This document shows positions 28,051 through 37,543 of a stretch of DNA of 64,000 nucleotides, in pieces. Both the position numbers and the translations under genes were made by a program. Within the stretch, counting starts at the first letter, position 1, and each line of letters starts with the position of its first letter. The notes below the pieces were generated by a model. The model was given only the letters and a program-made list of their open reading frames with translations, was not told the DNA's origin and ran no database searches. The stretch is from Patescibacteria group bacterium. GTDB lineage: Bacteria; Patescibacteriota; Microgenomatia; Levybacterales; UBA12049. The stretch covers positions 9,948-73,947 of the forward strand of contig JBBTVD010000006.1 of NCBI GenBank assembly GCA_038063415.1, given 5' to 3'.

Positions 28051-31000
28051 CACAAATATTTGAATCAGATGTAGAAAAATTAACGGTCGACCTATTGATT
28101 AATCAAGGGTTTACTTATCTGTCTCCTGAAGAACAGGAATTAGAGCGGCAGAATCTAAAAGACGTTTTATTAGTAAATCGATTGAAGGTTTCCATAGATC
28201 GTTTAAATCCATCAATTACTGCTGACGCAAAAGCCCAAGCTCTAAAACAAGTTTTAAACCTTCCAACACAAAACCTACTTGAGAACAATGAGGCATTCCA
28301 CCGAATGCTTACAGAAGGCATCGAAGTTGAATATATGAGTAATGAAGGTGTCAGAGGTGAAAAAGTTTGGCTTGTTGATTTTAATGATATTGCCAACAAC
28401 GAACTTATCGTCACCAATCAATTTACTGTTATAGAAAATAACATTAACAAAAGACCAGATGTCATTATCTTTATTAATGGTTTGCCTCTCGTTGTTATCG
28501 AACTTAAAAACCCTACTGACGAAAATGCTACGGTTCAAAAAGCATTTACTCAACTACAAAATTATAAAAATGCAATTCCTTCACTTTTTTACTACAACAG
28601 TATTTTAATTGCGTCCGATGGTCTAGATGCTAAAGTCGGAACTATTTCTTCTGATTATTCTCGTTTTCTTGCTTGGAAATCTAAAGATGGATATAGGGAT
28701 GACAAGACAGTTGTTCCTCAAATAGAAACGCTGATCGATGGAATGTTAGTAAAAAATGTTCTTATTGATTTGATCAAACAATTCATTGTCTTTGAAAAAT
28801 CCAGTCATATCGATAGTAATACCGGGCTAACGACTATTAGTACAATCAAGAAAATAGCTGCTTATCACCAGTACTATGCAGTTAATAAAGCTGTTGAATC
28901 TACAATAAGAGCGTCAGATGACGATAGCTTAGAATCTACTGCTTTATTAGTAAGAGAAAAACCAGAAGAGTATGGTTTATCTTCAACTGTTAAACAGCCT
29001 AAGGGTGATCATAAAGCTGGTGTCGTGTGGCACACGCAAGGTAGTGGAAAATCTCTTTCAATGGTTTTTTATGCTGGAAAAATTGTATTGGCACTTAATA
29101 ATCCCACCGTGGTTGTCATAACAGATCGCAATGACCTAGACGAGCAATTATTTGATACATTTGCCAACTGTAAGCAACTCCTTAGACAAGATCCTGTTAA
29201 GGCTGAAAATCGCGATCACCTTAAAAAATTACTGAAAGTAGCTGGTGGTGGAATTGTATTTACAACAATTCAAAAGTTCTTTCCTGAGGATGGATCATCA
29301 ACTTACGATGAACTTTCAGACCGCAGTAATATTATTGTTATTGCTGATGAAGCCCATCGAAGTCAGTACGGATTCGGAGCCAAAACTACTTATACAGTTG
29401 ATGGCGTAAAAACGGGTTACGGGTTTGCAAAATATCTAAGAGATGCATTGCCATCAGCCTCATTTATTGGCTTTACGGGTACTCCTGTAGAAAAAGAGGA
29501 TGCAAATACCCCAGCAGTCTTCGGAAATTATATAGACGTTTATGATATTGCTAAGGCCGTAGAAGACGGTGCAACAGTTCGTATTTATTACGAATCAAGA
29601 CTTGCTCAGATTCATCTTAAACCAGATGAAAAGGCACAACTAGATGCAGAAGTAGAAGCTATCACAGAAGGTGAAGAAAGTACTGCTAAAGAAAAGGCAA
29701 AAGCAAAATGGGCTCAGCTGGAAGCTGTAGTTGGACACAGAGACAGGCTTGGAGTAATTGCTTCTGACATTGTTGACCACTTCGAGAAGCGACAGGAAGT
29801 CTTTGAAGGCAAGGCAATGATTGTTGCTATGAGTCGGCGAATTGCTGTTGAGCTCTTTGAAGAAATTGTTAAATTACGACCAGACTGGTTTGACAAAGAT
29901 CTTAGAAAAGGTGCCGTTAAAGTTGTAATGACATCCACCTCTTCCGATCCAGAGAGTTGGCAAATTCACAACACCACTAAACAAAACCGTAAGGATCTTG
30001 GAGAACGATTTAAAAATCCTATCGATCCATTAAAACTCGTTATAGTGCGTGATATGTGGCTCACTGGTTTTGACGCGCCATGTCTTAACACGATGTACGT
30101 TGATAAGCCAATGCAGGGACATAACCTTATGCAAGCGATTGCTCGTGTAAACAGAGTATTTAAAGATAAACCAGGTGGATTAATTGTTGATTACATTGGT
30201 ATTGCTTCTGATCTAAAGAATGCTTTAGCGACATATACCGCAAGCGGTGGTGAAGGCACGCCAACTTTAGATCAAGAAGAGGCTGTTGCGGCGATGCTTG
30301 AAAAATTTGAAATCGTTGAACAAATGTTTGATCAATACGACTTTGAACCTTACTTTACCGCTGATACTCATAAAAAATTGACCATTATCCTCGAGAGCCA
30401 AGAATATATTCTTGGACTTGAAGATGGCAAGAACCGTTTTACCAAGCAGGTAGATCTCCTATCTAAGGCTTTTGCGCTATCAGTTCCCCATCCAAAAGCA
30501 ATGGAGATAAAAGATGAAGTTGGATTTTTTCAAGCAATTAAAGCCAGACTTGTAAAGTTTGAGCCAACTTGTAGTGGAAAGTCAGATGCTGAAATTGAAA
30601 CTGCAATAAGACAGATTGTTGATAAGGCCGTGGTCTCTGATGGAATTGTTGATATATTCGATGCGGCCGGTATCAAGAAACCAGATATTTCAATTCTTTC
30701 TGATGACTTCTTAGCTGAAATTCAGGGCATGGAACGAAAAAACTTGGCAATGGAGCTTTTGAAAAAGATTCTCAATGACGAAATCAGATCACGAGTTAGA
30801 AAGAATTTCATTCAGAGCAAAAAGATGTCTGAAATGCTTGAGAATGCTATTAGAAAATATCAAAACAATTTATTAACTACAGCACAGGTTATAGAGGAGC
30901 TGATTAAACTTGCTAAAGATATTCGAGAGGGAGACAAGCGAGGTGCATCATATGGTCTAACGGATGATGAACTAGCTTTTTATGACGCTTTGGCAATTAA

Positions 31001-31238
31001 CCAAAGTGCAATGGAGGTTCTTGGTGATGCTCAACTTAGGGATTTATCAAGAGTACTTGTGCAGAGAGTTAAATCAAACACTTCAATTGATTGGACTATC
31101 AAAGAAAGTGTACAAGCCAAGTTAAGAGTGATTGTTCGTCGCACTTTACGACAATTTGGTTATCCACCAGATGCCCAATTACTTGCGACCGAAAATGTGT
31201 TGAAACAGGCTGAGCTGTTGGCCGATGATTGGAAATAA
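28047..31238 (+). CDS. hsdR: Type I restriction enzyme R subunit
   Basis: Start taken at the Met of [12 protein letters not shown]. Walker [13 protein letters not shown] box [10 protein letters not shown], helicase C-terminal motifs. Confidence 0.9.
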   Translation: MTQIFESDVEKLTVDLLINQGFTYLSPEEQELERQNLKDVLLVNRLKVSIDRLNPSITADAKAQALKQVLNLPTQNLLENNEAFHRMLTEGIEVEYMSNEGVRGEKVWLVDFNDIANNELIVTNQFTVIENNINKRPDVIIFINGLPLVVIELKNPTDENATVQKAFTQLQNYKNAIPSLFYYNSILIASDGLDAKVGTISSDYSRFLAWKSKDGYRDDKTVVPQIETLIDGMLVKNVLIDLIKQFIVFEKSSHIDSNTGLTTISTIKKIAAYHQYYAVNKAVESTIRASDDDSLESTALLVREKPEEYGLSSTVKQPKGDHKAGVVWHTQGSGKSLSMVFYAGKIVLALNNPTVVVITDRNDLDEQLFDTFANCKQLLRQDPVKAENRDHLKKLLKVAGGGIVFTTIQKFFPEDGSSTYDELSDRSNIIVIADEAHRSQYGFGAKTTYTVDGVKTGYGFAKYLRDALPSASFIGFTGTPVEKEDANTPAVFGNYIDVYDIAKAVEDGATVRIYYESRLAQIHLKPDEKAQLDAEVEAITEGEESTAKEKAKAKWAQLEAVVGHRDRLGVIASDIVDHFEKRQEVFEGKAMIVAMSRRIAVELFEEIVKLRPDWFDKDLRKGAVKVVMTSTSSDPESWQIHNTTKQNRKDLGERFKNPIDPLKLVIVRDMWLTGFDAPCLNTMYVDKPMQGHNLMQAIARVNRVFKDKPGGLIVDYIGIASDLKNALATYTASGGEGTPTLDQEEAVAAMLEKFEIVEQMFDQYDFEPYFTADTHKKLTIILESQEYILGLEDGKNRFTKQVDLLSKAFALSVPHPKAMEIKDEVGFFQAIKARLVKFEPTCSGKSDAEIETAIRQIVDKAVVSDGIVDIFDAAGIKKPDISILSDDFLAEIQGMERKNLAMELLKKILNDEIRSRVRKNFIQSKKMSEMLENAIRKYQNNLLTTAQVIEELIKLAKDIREGDKRGASYGLTDDELAFYDALAINQSAMEVLGDAQLRDLSRVLVQRVKSNTSIDWTIKESVQAKLRVIVRRTLRQFGYPPDAQLLATENVLKQAELLADDWK

Positions 31239-31247
31239 CAAAAATTT

Positions 31248-34010
31248 ATGAATGATGAAAAAATACTCATTAAACAATTCTTTCAAAATTTCCTTGTAAA
31301 AGAAAAGGGTAAAGACAATATTAGTAATGAATATGTTGCCTTCTTAAAAATTCTGTGGAACGGTCTCGATGATTTAATATCTAAAAATAAAATTGCTCGA
31401 AAGATTTACATATTAGAACATATTGAAAAATATCTTATTGAAGATACTTTTCGAACTCAAATAGATTTAAGCGAACTGCCAATTGCCAGTGAACTTGCTG
31501 CATCTCAAGATACAAACACACCTGAGATCACACTTAAAGATATTGATCTAGTCAACTTCCGAGGTTTTAGAGCTAATACTAATGGGAGCGGAAGAAAAAT
31601 TAGATTTCACGAAAAAGTGACTTTAATTTTTGCTCCAAATGGTGGAGGAAAAACTAGTCTATGTGAAAGTATTGAATGGGCACTTACCGGCGACACTTAC
31701 GAACATACAAAAAGAAAAACAGATTCAACACTTAATTATTTTCAAAATCGAAGTAATGCAGATCCGACATATCAAAACACTAAGCTTTCGTTTTTAAACA
31801 ATCAACCTACTGTTCCCAATTTAATTTTTGATCGATGTCTTCTAGAAAAAAATCGAATAGACAAATTTGCGAAACTTGCAATGCAGCCTAATAAAGATCT
31901 GCAAGAAATTCTTGGGGAGTTGTTTGGATTTTCTGATGTTGTAGATTTTTTTAAAGAGTTTGGCCAAGATCTTTCACCCACAGATAACGAAAAAGGTCGC
32001 CCAGGAAGAGAAAACTGGCAGACATGGTTAGAGTGGAGCAATAAAAAAAGTGAACTAGAAAAAATATTAGACGAATCAAAAAAAGAAGAGAAAAAAGCTA
32101 GTGAGGATTTGGAGAAACTCACAGGAGAAAAGAGTTTTGATGACAAAAAAGTTGAGATTGAAGAAAAAGGGAAAGAACTCCGCATCAAGCTTGAGAGCCT
32201 TGAGAAAAATTCTAGCAAGCAATTTTCTACAAAATCTTTTCAAGACAAGATAACTTTACATAAAGATAAAATCGAGCAGTGGAAAAAACTTGATAAGGAT
32301 ATATCTGATAATGCTAAGGATCTTGATTTTGAAAGCCTTTTCCAAGCAGCTAATAATATTTTCAAAAATAATTACAGTGATAATAAATGTCCGCTTTGCG
32401 ATACTCCTATTGAACAGAAACCAGAGAATCCCAATCATGTTTGTGTAGTTACTAGTCCTCAACTAAAGACAGAACAAGAATTGAAGAAACTTAAAAAGCT
32501 AACCGATTGGAAAGTTGAAAGGAATAAACTTGAAATAGATTTAAAAGGTACTTGCTTTAGAGAAATAAGGGACGATTGGCAAAAGATACAACATAATTTA
32601 ATAGATGAAAATTGGAAAGACATCGCGGGCGAAACTGAAAAACCATTAATTCCAGATGTCAATCTTATTGAGATTGAATCTAAGCTTGATGGGAATACAA
32701 ACTCATTTATTGACGCATATGAACTTATATTAGGTAAGGATTTCACTGCATTGGCTGAGTTAGAGGGAAAAGTAACATCTTACAAAAATTTGAAGGATGA
32801 GTTATTGAAAGATAAGCCACAGAAAGAAATTGAGATTCAAAATCTACGTGATGAATTTGCCAAACTACAGGAACAAAAAAATATACTTTCTGCAAAACAG
32901 CAAATCACAAAAAGTAGCGATGAAAGATTGAAAAAGATCCTAAATCAATCCAGCAATTCAGATTTATTTAAAAAGATGTTGGACGTTTATCCAGATTTTT
33001 ATAATGATCTGCAAAATTTTCAATCTGGTTCGATCTTATCTGAAGGTGCTGATATTGATGACTATGTAACGGGCTTTTACCGAGCTTTGAACTTACATGA
33101 TAACGTTGGCGAGATAATAAAAGAAATTAAATTCCCCAAAGGACTTCAAGAAGATTTTTGTTTAATATTTGAAAGCAATAATACCTGTAATGCCCTAGAT
33201 ATCCTCAGCGAAGGGCACTTAAAGACTCTTGGTCTTGCTGCTCTACTTGCCAGAGCAGCTAAGTACAATACGTCCCTGCTTGTCTTTGATGATGCTATCA
33301 ACGCTATCGATTCTGACCATAGAGATAACATTGCTTGTTTATTATCAGGAAGTTTCTCTGACGAAGAAGGAGTTAGTTCATTTGGAGAAAAGTGGGATCA
33401 AATAAAACAATATATAAAAGTATGCCAATTTGTAATAACGTCCCATGACCGCTTCTTTGATGAAAAAATCGCCAATCTATTTTCTAAGGACGAACAATTA
33501 AGATATGTTTTATATTGTGGAGCTGAAGGAGTTGATTTTTGTGAAAAAGGTAATCCAGCCAACTTTGAAGCTAAAGTCGAAGGCTTTTTAAACCCAGATA
33601 CTCAGGATGTTCGCTCAGCAATATTTTATTGTCGTATCTGGTTAGAAGAAATACTTATGGACATCGCAGCAAATTTTAAAAAGCCAAGTAATGGTAAACA
33701 AATCGATTTTTCCAATACTATTGATAAAAAGTCTCGCAAATTAAAAAATCCTGAATTGGCAACTGTAATTCGTAGCTTGGTTTCAAATTTGAAAGTAAAT
33801 GAGGCTTCAGATGATGAAAAAATAACAGCTGGCATTTTAGACCAGATTTATCAAGAAAAGGAAGGAAAGTATATTTGGTTTTTCGAGATCTTGAATCAAG
33901 AAAGTCATTATCGTCGACTTGATCACGTAGATATCTCTAATGCTCCAACAAGTAATGAAGTTCAAGCAATCTTTAATAAGATTCAAGAGATACAAACTCT
34001 CAATACTTAA
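31248..34010 (+). CDS. Rad50/SbcC/SMC-like ABC ATPase with a central CxxC zinc-hook-like motif
   Basis: 920 aa. N-terminal Walker A FAPNGGGKTSLCESIEWAL (RecF/SMC type). Central KCPLCDTPIE inside a predicted coiled-coil. C-terminal signature LSEGHLKTLGLAALLA and Walker B/D-loop LLVFDDAINAIDSDH. Confidence 0.75.
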   Translation: MNDEKILIKQFFQNFLVKEKGKDNISNEYVAFLKILWNGLDDLISKNKIARKIYILEHIEKYLIEDTFRTQIDLSELPIASELAASQDTNTPEITLKDIDLVNFRGFRANTNGSGRKIRFHEKVTLIFAPNGGGKTSLCESIEWALTGDTYEHTKRKTDSTLNYFQNRSNADPTYQNTKLSFLNNQPTVPNLIFDRCLLEKNRIDKFAKLAMQPNKDLQEILGELFGFSDVVDFFKEFGQDLSPTDNEKGRPGRENWQTWLEWSNKKSELEKILDESKKEEKKASEDLEKLTGEKSFDDKKVEIEEKGKELRIKLESLEKNSSKQFSTKSFQDKITLHKDKIEQWKKLDKDISDNAKDLDFESLFQAANNIFKNNYSDNKCPLCDTPIEQKPENPNHVCVVTSPQLKTEQELKKLKKLTDWKVERNKLEIDLKGTCFREIRDDWQKIQHNLIDENWKDIAGETEKPLIPDVNLIEIESKLDGNTNSFIDAYELILGKDFTALAELEGKVTSYKNLKDELLKDKPQKEIEIQNLRDEFAKLQEQKNILSAKQQITKSSDERLKKILNQSSNSDLFKKMLDVYPDFYNDLQNFQSGSILSEGADIDDYVTGFYRALNLHDNVGEIIKEIKFPKGLQEDFCLIFESNNTCNALDILSEGHLKTLGLAALLARAAKYNTSLLVFDDAINAIDSDHRDNIACLLSGSFSDEEGVSSFGEKWDQIKQYIKVCQFVITSHDRFFDEKIANLFSKDEQLRYVLYCGAEGVDFCEKGNPANFEAKVEGFLNPDTQDVRSAIFYCRIWLEEILMDIAANFKKPSNGKQIDFSNTIDKKSRKLKNPELATVIRSLVSNLKVNEASDDEKITAGILDQIYQEKEGKYIWFFEILNQESHYRRLDHVDISNAPTSNEVQAIFNKIQEIQTLNT

Positions 34011-34012
34011 TC

Positions 34013-34768
34013 ATGTCCAAATACTACAATCCAAATCGCACAAGAAATCTATATAACGCAAACTCTTCAGAATTATTTCGTTTAAGTCGTTCTAAGATTG
34101 ATCTTTTCTTAAATTGTCCTCGTTGTTTTTACCTTGATCGTCGATTAGGAGTGGGTCAACCACCTGGATATCCATTTTCTCTCAATTCTGCTGTAGATAA
34201 GCTTCTAAAGAAAGAATTTGATACATACAGAGCCAATAAGACGTCACATCCATTAATGAAAACGTACGGTATCGATGCCGTTCCACTTGCTCATGAAAAA
34301 ATCGATGAATGGAGAGATTCATTGCGGGCAGGTATAACTTTCAAAATTAATGATGAAAATGTTGTCATAACTGGTGGCGTAGACGACGTGTGGGTAACTC
34401 CAGAAGGTGAATTCATCATTGTGGACTACAAAGCGACTTCTAAAGACGCTGAGGTAACGCTCGATGCAGACTGGCAAATCGGTTACAAACGGCAGATGGA
34501 GATATATCAGTGGTTATTCCGTCAAAACGGCTTTAAGGTTTCTCCTGTAGGTTACTTTGTGTATTGTAATGGCGATACCGACCCAGCGGCATTCGACGGG
34601 AAACTGGAGTTTGATATAAAAGTAATTCCTTATGAAGGCAATACCGATTGGGTTGAACGAACGATTTTAGATGCAATCAAATGCCTCAAGGCAGATGAAA
34701 TGCCTGATCCAGGCGAAGATTGCGATTTTTGCAAGTACCGTCAGGCCGTACGACAATTTGAGAAATAA
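34013..34768 (+). CDS. Cas4/RecB-like PD-(D/E)xK nuclease with cysteine pairs compatible with an Fe-S cluster
   Basis: 251 aa. GGVDDVW...EGEFIIVDYK (D/ExK), QMEIYQW (QxxxY motif), N-terminal CPRC and C-terminal CDFC. Starts 3 bp after the SMC-like gene. Confidence 0.75.
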   Translation: MSKYYNPNRTRNLYNANSSELFRLSRSKIDLFLNCPRCFYLDRRLGVGQPPGYPFSLNSAVDKLLKKEFDTYRANKTSHPLMKTYGIDAVPLAHEKIDEWRDSLRAGITFKINDENVVITGGVDDVWVTPEGEFIIVDYKATSKDAEVTLDADWQIGYKRQMEIYQWLFRQNGFKVSPVGYFVYCNGDTDPAAFDGKLEFDIKVIPYEGNTDWVERTILDAIKCLKADEMPDPGEDCDFCKYRQAVRQFEK

Positions 34769-34780
34769 CTCATTCTAAAC

Positions 34781-34815
34781 CTGGACTTCCTCGCTTTTTC
34801 CCGATACCTTGTGCT
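34781..34815. repeat. CTGGACTTC...CCGATACCTTG motif, copy 2 of 3
   Basis: ctggacttcctcgctttttcccgataccttgtgct. Closely related to the copy at 35700-35735. Confidence 0.4.
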
Positions 34816-35076
34816 GGGATGGATAGCAAAAATCAAAAAGACAAGGTACTCGTACTTCTCCGAAGGTCAGAAAAATACTTCTACAAGTATCTCCTCACGC
34901 ATGATTCTGTGTATTATTGATCGATTTTTCTCCGTAACTAAGAAATTAAGGAGATTAATAGAGAAATTTGAGCATAAATGAGATGTTGAGTGTCACTTAG
35001 CATTTACGCATGAAAACTGATATAATCTTGCTAAGCTAGACTAAGCATTTAGCCTGAAAAAGGAGGTGATATACAT

Positions 35077-35625
35077 ATGAAGAAATTACTTAAATGGGTA
35101 GGAATAGGATTTATCATCCTTATAGTAATCGGAGTTATTGGCAGTATGGGAAGTGACAGTAAAAAAGTAGGATCAACTACTGATACTACTCAAACTTCAA
35201 ATACAAAAGAGCAACCAACTCAGGAAACGTACAAAGTTGGTGATAAAGTCCAAATGTCAGATATTATCCTTACTGTAAATAAAGTAGAAACAGCCCAAGG
35301 AGGTCAGTACACAAAGCCATCTGAAGGTAATCAGTGGATTGATGTAAACATGACTCTTGAGAATACAGGATCAAGTCAGCAGTACATTACAACAATGGGT
35401 CAGATGTTCGTCATAGATGGCGAAAATAATCAGTACCAAGTTGCAGTAACTGGAAAAAGACTAGAAAATGCTGGTTCTTTAGGAATGGATGGTGCATTAA
35501 TTGCAAAAGCCAAGAAAACTGACTGGGTAGGATTTGAAGTACCAAAGACTGCAAAAGGTCTCAAGCTTCAGTACAACGCAAGTTTTTATAGTAATAAGAA
35601 AATATTGGTCGATCTTGGAATGTAA
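35077..35625 (+). CDS. DUF4352-like membrane-anchored secreted protein
   Basis: 182 aa. Signal-anchor MKKLLKWVGIGFIILIVIGVIG. DUF4352-type beta-rich domain (GDKVQM...NQWIDVNMTLENTG...FVIDGENNQY). RBS aaaaaggaggtgat. Paralogous context to 6726-7175. Confidence 0.7.
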   Translation: MKKLLKWVGIGFIILIVIGVIGSMGSDSKKVGSTTDTTQTSNTKEQPTQETYKVGDKVQMSDIILTVNKVETAQGGQYTKPSEGNQWIDVNMTLENTGSSQQYITTMGQMFVIDGENNQYQVAVTGKRLENAGSLGMDGALIAKAKKTDWVGFEVPKTAKGLKLQYNASFYSNKKILVDLGM

Positions 35626-35649
35626 TTATTACTATCTAAAGACGAAAAG

Positions 35650-35676
35650 TGCCTGAATAACATCGGGCATTTTTTG
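35650..35676 (+). terminator. rho-independent terminator
   Basis: tgcctga-ataaca-tcgggca stem (one G-U pair) followed by tttttt. Confidence 0.55.
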
Positions 35677-35699
35677 TGATGTTTTATAGTATTTTGAAG

Positions 35700-35735
35700 C
35701 TGGACTTCTCGAGAGGTTCCCGGTACCTTGACCAC
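35700..35735. repeat. CTGGACTTC...CCGGTACCTTG motif, copy 3 of 3, immediately upstream of or overlapping the recombinase B start
   Basis: ctggacttctcgagaggttcccggtaccttgacc. Confidence 0.4.
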
Positions 35736-37062
35736 TGAAATGGCTAAGATACCCGCCCCCGCAAACCAAATAATGCCTCCAATATTAAGCGTGGAATATT
35801 GCTTATACGCAAGAAAATCAAGCGAGGATGATGAACGCCAAGCCATGTCGATTGACTCTCAGATTAAAGAAATGACCGATCTTGCATCTAGAGAAGGCTT
35901 CTTCATCAAAGAAATTCGGCGAGAAAGCCATTCAGCCAAAGAATCAGGACAACGACCAGTTTTTAAGAAACTTCTGGAAGATATTCGAGATGGAATGTTT
36001 ACTGGCATTCTTTCATGGGCTCCTGATCGACTCAGTCGAAATGCTGGGGATTTGGGAATGGTTGTCGATCTTATGGACCAAGGCAAACTACAGCAAATTA
36101 AGACCTTCTCGCAAAGCTTCTCGAACAATCCTAATGAAAAGTTTTTACTCATGATCCTCTGCTCTCAGGCGAAACTGGAGAATGATCAAAAAGGAATCAA
36201 TGTAAAAAGAGGTATTCGAGCCAAATGTGAAATGGGCTGGCGACCAGGGATGCCTCCCATCGGCTATTACAATAGAGCTTTTGCAGGTGTTAAAGATATT
36301 GTGATAGATCCGGACAGAGGGCACATTGTTGCTGAGATGTTTGAACGAGTAGCAAGAGATGGAGATAGTGGTAGGACACTGAAGAAATGGCTCGATACTT
36401 GCCTCACCACAAGAACAGGTAAACAAGTTACATTAAGCCAGATTTATCTCATGCTGAAAAATCCATTCTATTATGGAGAATTTGAATACCCAATTGGTGG
36501 TGGCAATTGGTACAAAGGTGCATACAAACCACTAATTACTCGAGATATATTTGATCAAGTACAAAAACAATTAATTGTTCCTAAGAAATCAAAATGGGGA
36601 GGCAAAACATTTACTTTCAAAGAATTGTTTAAATGTGCAAGCTGTAGGTCATTGGTTATTGGTGAGGATAGATATAGAAAACGAAAGTATAACGAGCCAC
36701 GCTATCATATTTACTATCATTGTACGAGGCAAAAGAAATATGGCTGTCCTGAACCATATATCACTGAAGAAAAACTAATAAAACAGATTCTTCGTTACAT
36801 CAATTTCATGTATATGGCACATCCTCAGCTTTTCGAGTTAAATAACTTTTTGAAATATAGTATGGGCGAGTACAAGAAAATGAGAGATGAAATTCTGTGG
36901 GCACAAGATATTAATCCAGATAACAAACCAATCAACCTTATGGATTATGCCAACTACGCATTTCGCAACGGGACAATGCAGGAAAAGAGAGAAATAACCA
37001 ATGTATTAAAGAGACAACTGTATATTCATAACGAAACAGTTACTTCATTACCTCTTATCTAA
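35728..37062 (+). CDS. large serine recombinase (paralog of 7754-9055)
   Basis: 444 aa. N-terminal VEYCLYARKSSEDDERQAMSIDSQIKEM is nearly identical to recombinase A and the two align along their full length. The true start is possibly the in-frame ATG at 35773 (MPPILSVEY...), which aligns with recombinase A's N-terminus and avoids the upstream repeat motif. Confidence 0.85.
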   Translation: MTTEMAKIPAPANQIMPPILSVEYCLYARKSSEDDERQAMSIDSQIKEMTDLASREGFFIKEIRRESHSAKESGQRPVFKKLLEDIRDGMFTGILSWAPDRLSRNAGDLGMVVDLMDQGKLQQIKTFSQSFSNNPNEKFLLMILCSQAKLENDQKGINVKRGIRAKCEMGWRPGMPPIGYYNRAFAGVKDIVIDPDRGHIVAEMFERVARDGDSGRTLKKWLDTCLTTRTGKQVTLSQIYLMLKNPFYYGEFEYPIGGGNWYKGAYKPLITRDIFDQVQKQLIVPKKSKWGGKTFTFKELFKCASCRSLVIGEDRYRKRKYNEPRYHIYYHCTRQKKYGCPEPYITEEKLIKQILRYINFMYMAHPQLFELNNFLKYSMGEYKKMRDEILWAQDINPDNKPINLMDYANYAFRNGTMQEKREITNVLKRQLYIHNETVTSLPLI

Positions 37063-37243
37063 TCAAGAGTAAATCTTCCGTTCAAATCCGATTACTCTGG
37101 TTACCTCGGACATCATCGAACCGTAGCTACAATATCCGAGCTTTGAGGGTATTTTTGCGGTACGAATGTTTTGAACAAAAATGAGGCGTTTAGCAAGCCA
37201 GTTCGGGCTTTTTAGAGAGTACGGTCACTCTCGGTTCTTATAT
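37063..37243. repeat. att-arm-like segment between recombinase B and tRNA-Gln (paralog of 14776-14964)
   Basis: G+C-richer than surroundings. Conserved blocks shared with 14776-14964. Confidence 0.45.
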
Positions 37244-37317
37244 TGGCTGCCGGACCTGGATTCGAACCAAGATGAAAGGATTCAGAGTCCTCTATCCTAC
37301 CATTAGATGATCCGGCA
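37244..37317 (-). tRNA. tRNA-Gln (anticodon CUG), 74 nt with encoded CCA
   Basis: Minus-strand sequence TGCCGGATCATCTAATGGTAGGATAGAGGACTCTGAATCCTTTCATCTTGGTTCGAATCCAGGTCCGGCAGCCA. 7-bp acceptor stem with U1:A72 (as in E. coli tRNA-Gln), anticodon arm GAGGA-CUCUGAA-UCCUU, T-arm CTTGG-TTCGAAT-CCAGG, discriminator G, CCA. Confidence 0.85.
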
Positions 37318-37543
37318 GTGAAGCTATTTTACTAAAATTCCACTCAAAAAGCCAATTGCTCTTTAATGGTCTAATTACTCTAGATCAAACTTGTTATTCT
37401 AGACTTTGAGCCGACTGAGATTTTGAGGCTGTTCCTGTTGATTATTTTGCACCAGCTTTCGAAGATATACTGACCTATCTCGAACATATAGAAAAATAGC
37501 TTGCAAAATGGTCGAGATACTGTACAATAAGATCCACTAACCT

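Larger units (their letters stand above)
14965..37243. mobile_element. putative integrative island B, inserted at the 3' end of tRNA-Gln (unknown four-gene operon, phage packaging module, Type I R-M, SMC+Cas4 pair, recombinase B)
   Basis: Recombinase B and the att-arm-like segment directly abut tRNA-Gln (37244-37317). Cargo consists of defence and phage genes. Core genes start at 37544. Confidence 0.4.

Noticed and set aside
28115-28553. Minus-strand ORFs (100 aa and 92 aa) inside hsdR, and similar antisense ORFs inside other long genes (e.g. 11614-11838, 31802-32218, 57839-58114).
   Set aside because: They lie entirely antisense within well-supported long coding sequences and have low-complexity, codon-complement-like composition. 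Treated as spurious.
37063-37243. A second tRNA or tmRNA-like gene next to tRNA-Gln (a GGTTCGAT T-loop-like string on the minus strand).
   Set aside because: Could not be folded into a cloverleaf with acceptor stem and CCA. Better explained as an att-arm duplicated at 14776-14964.
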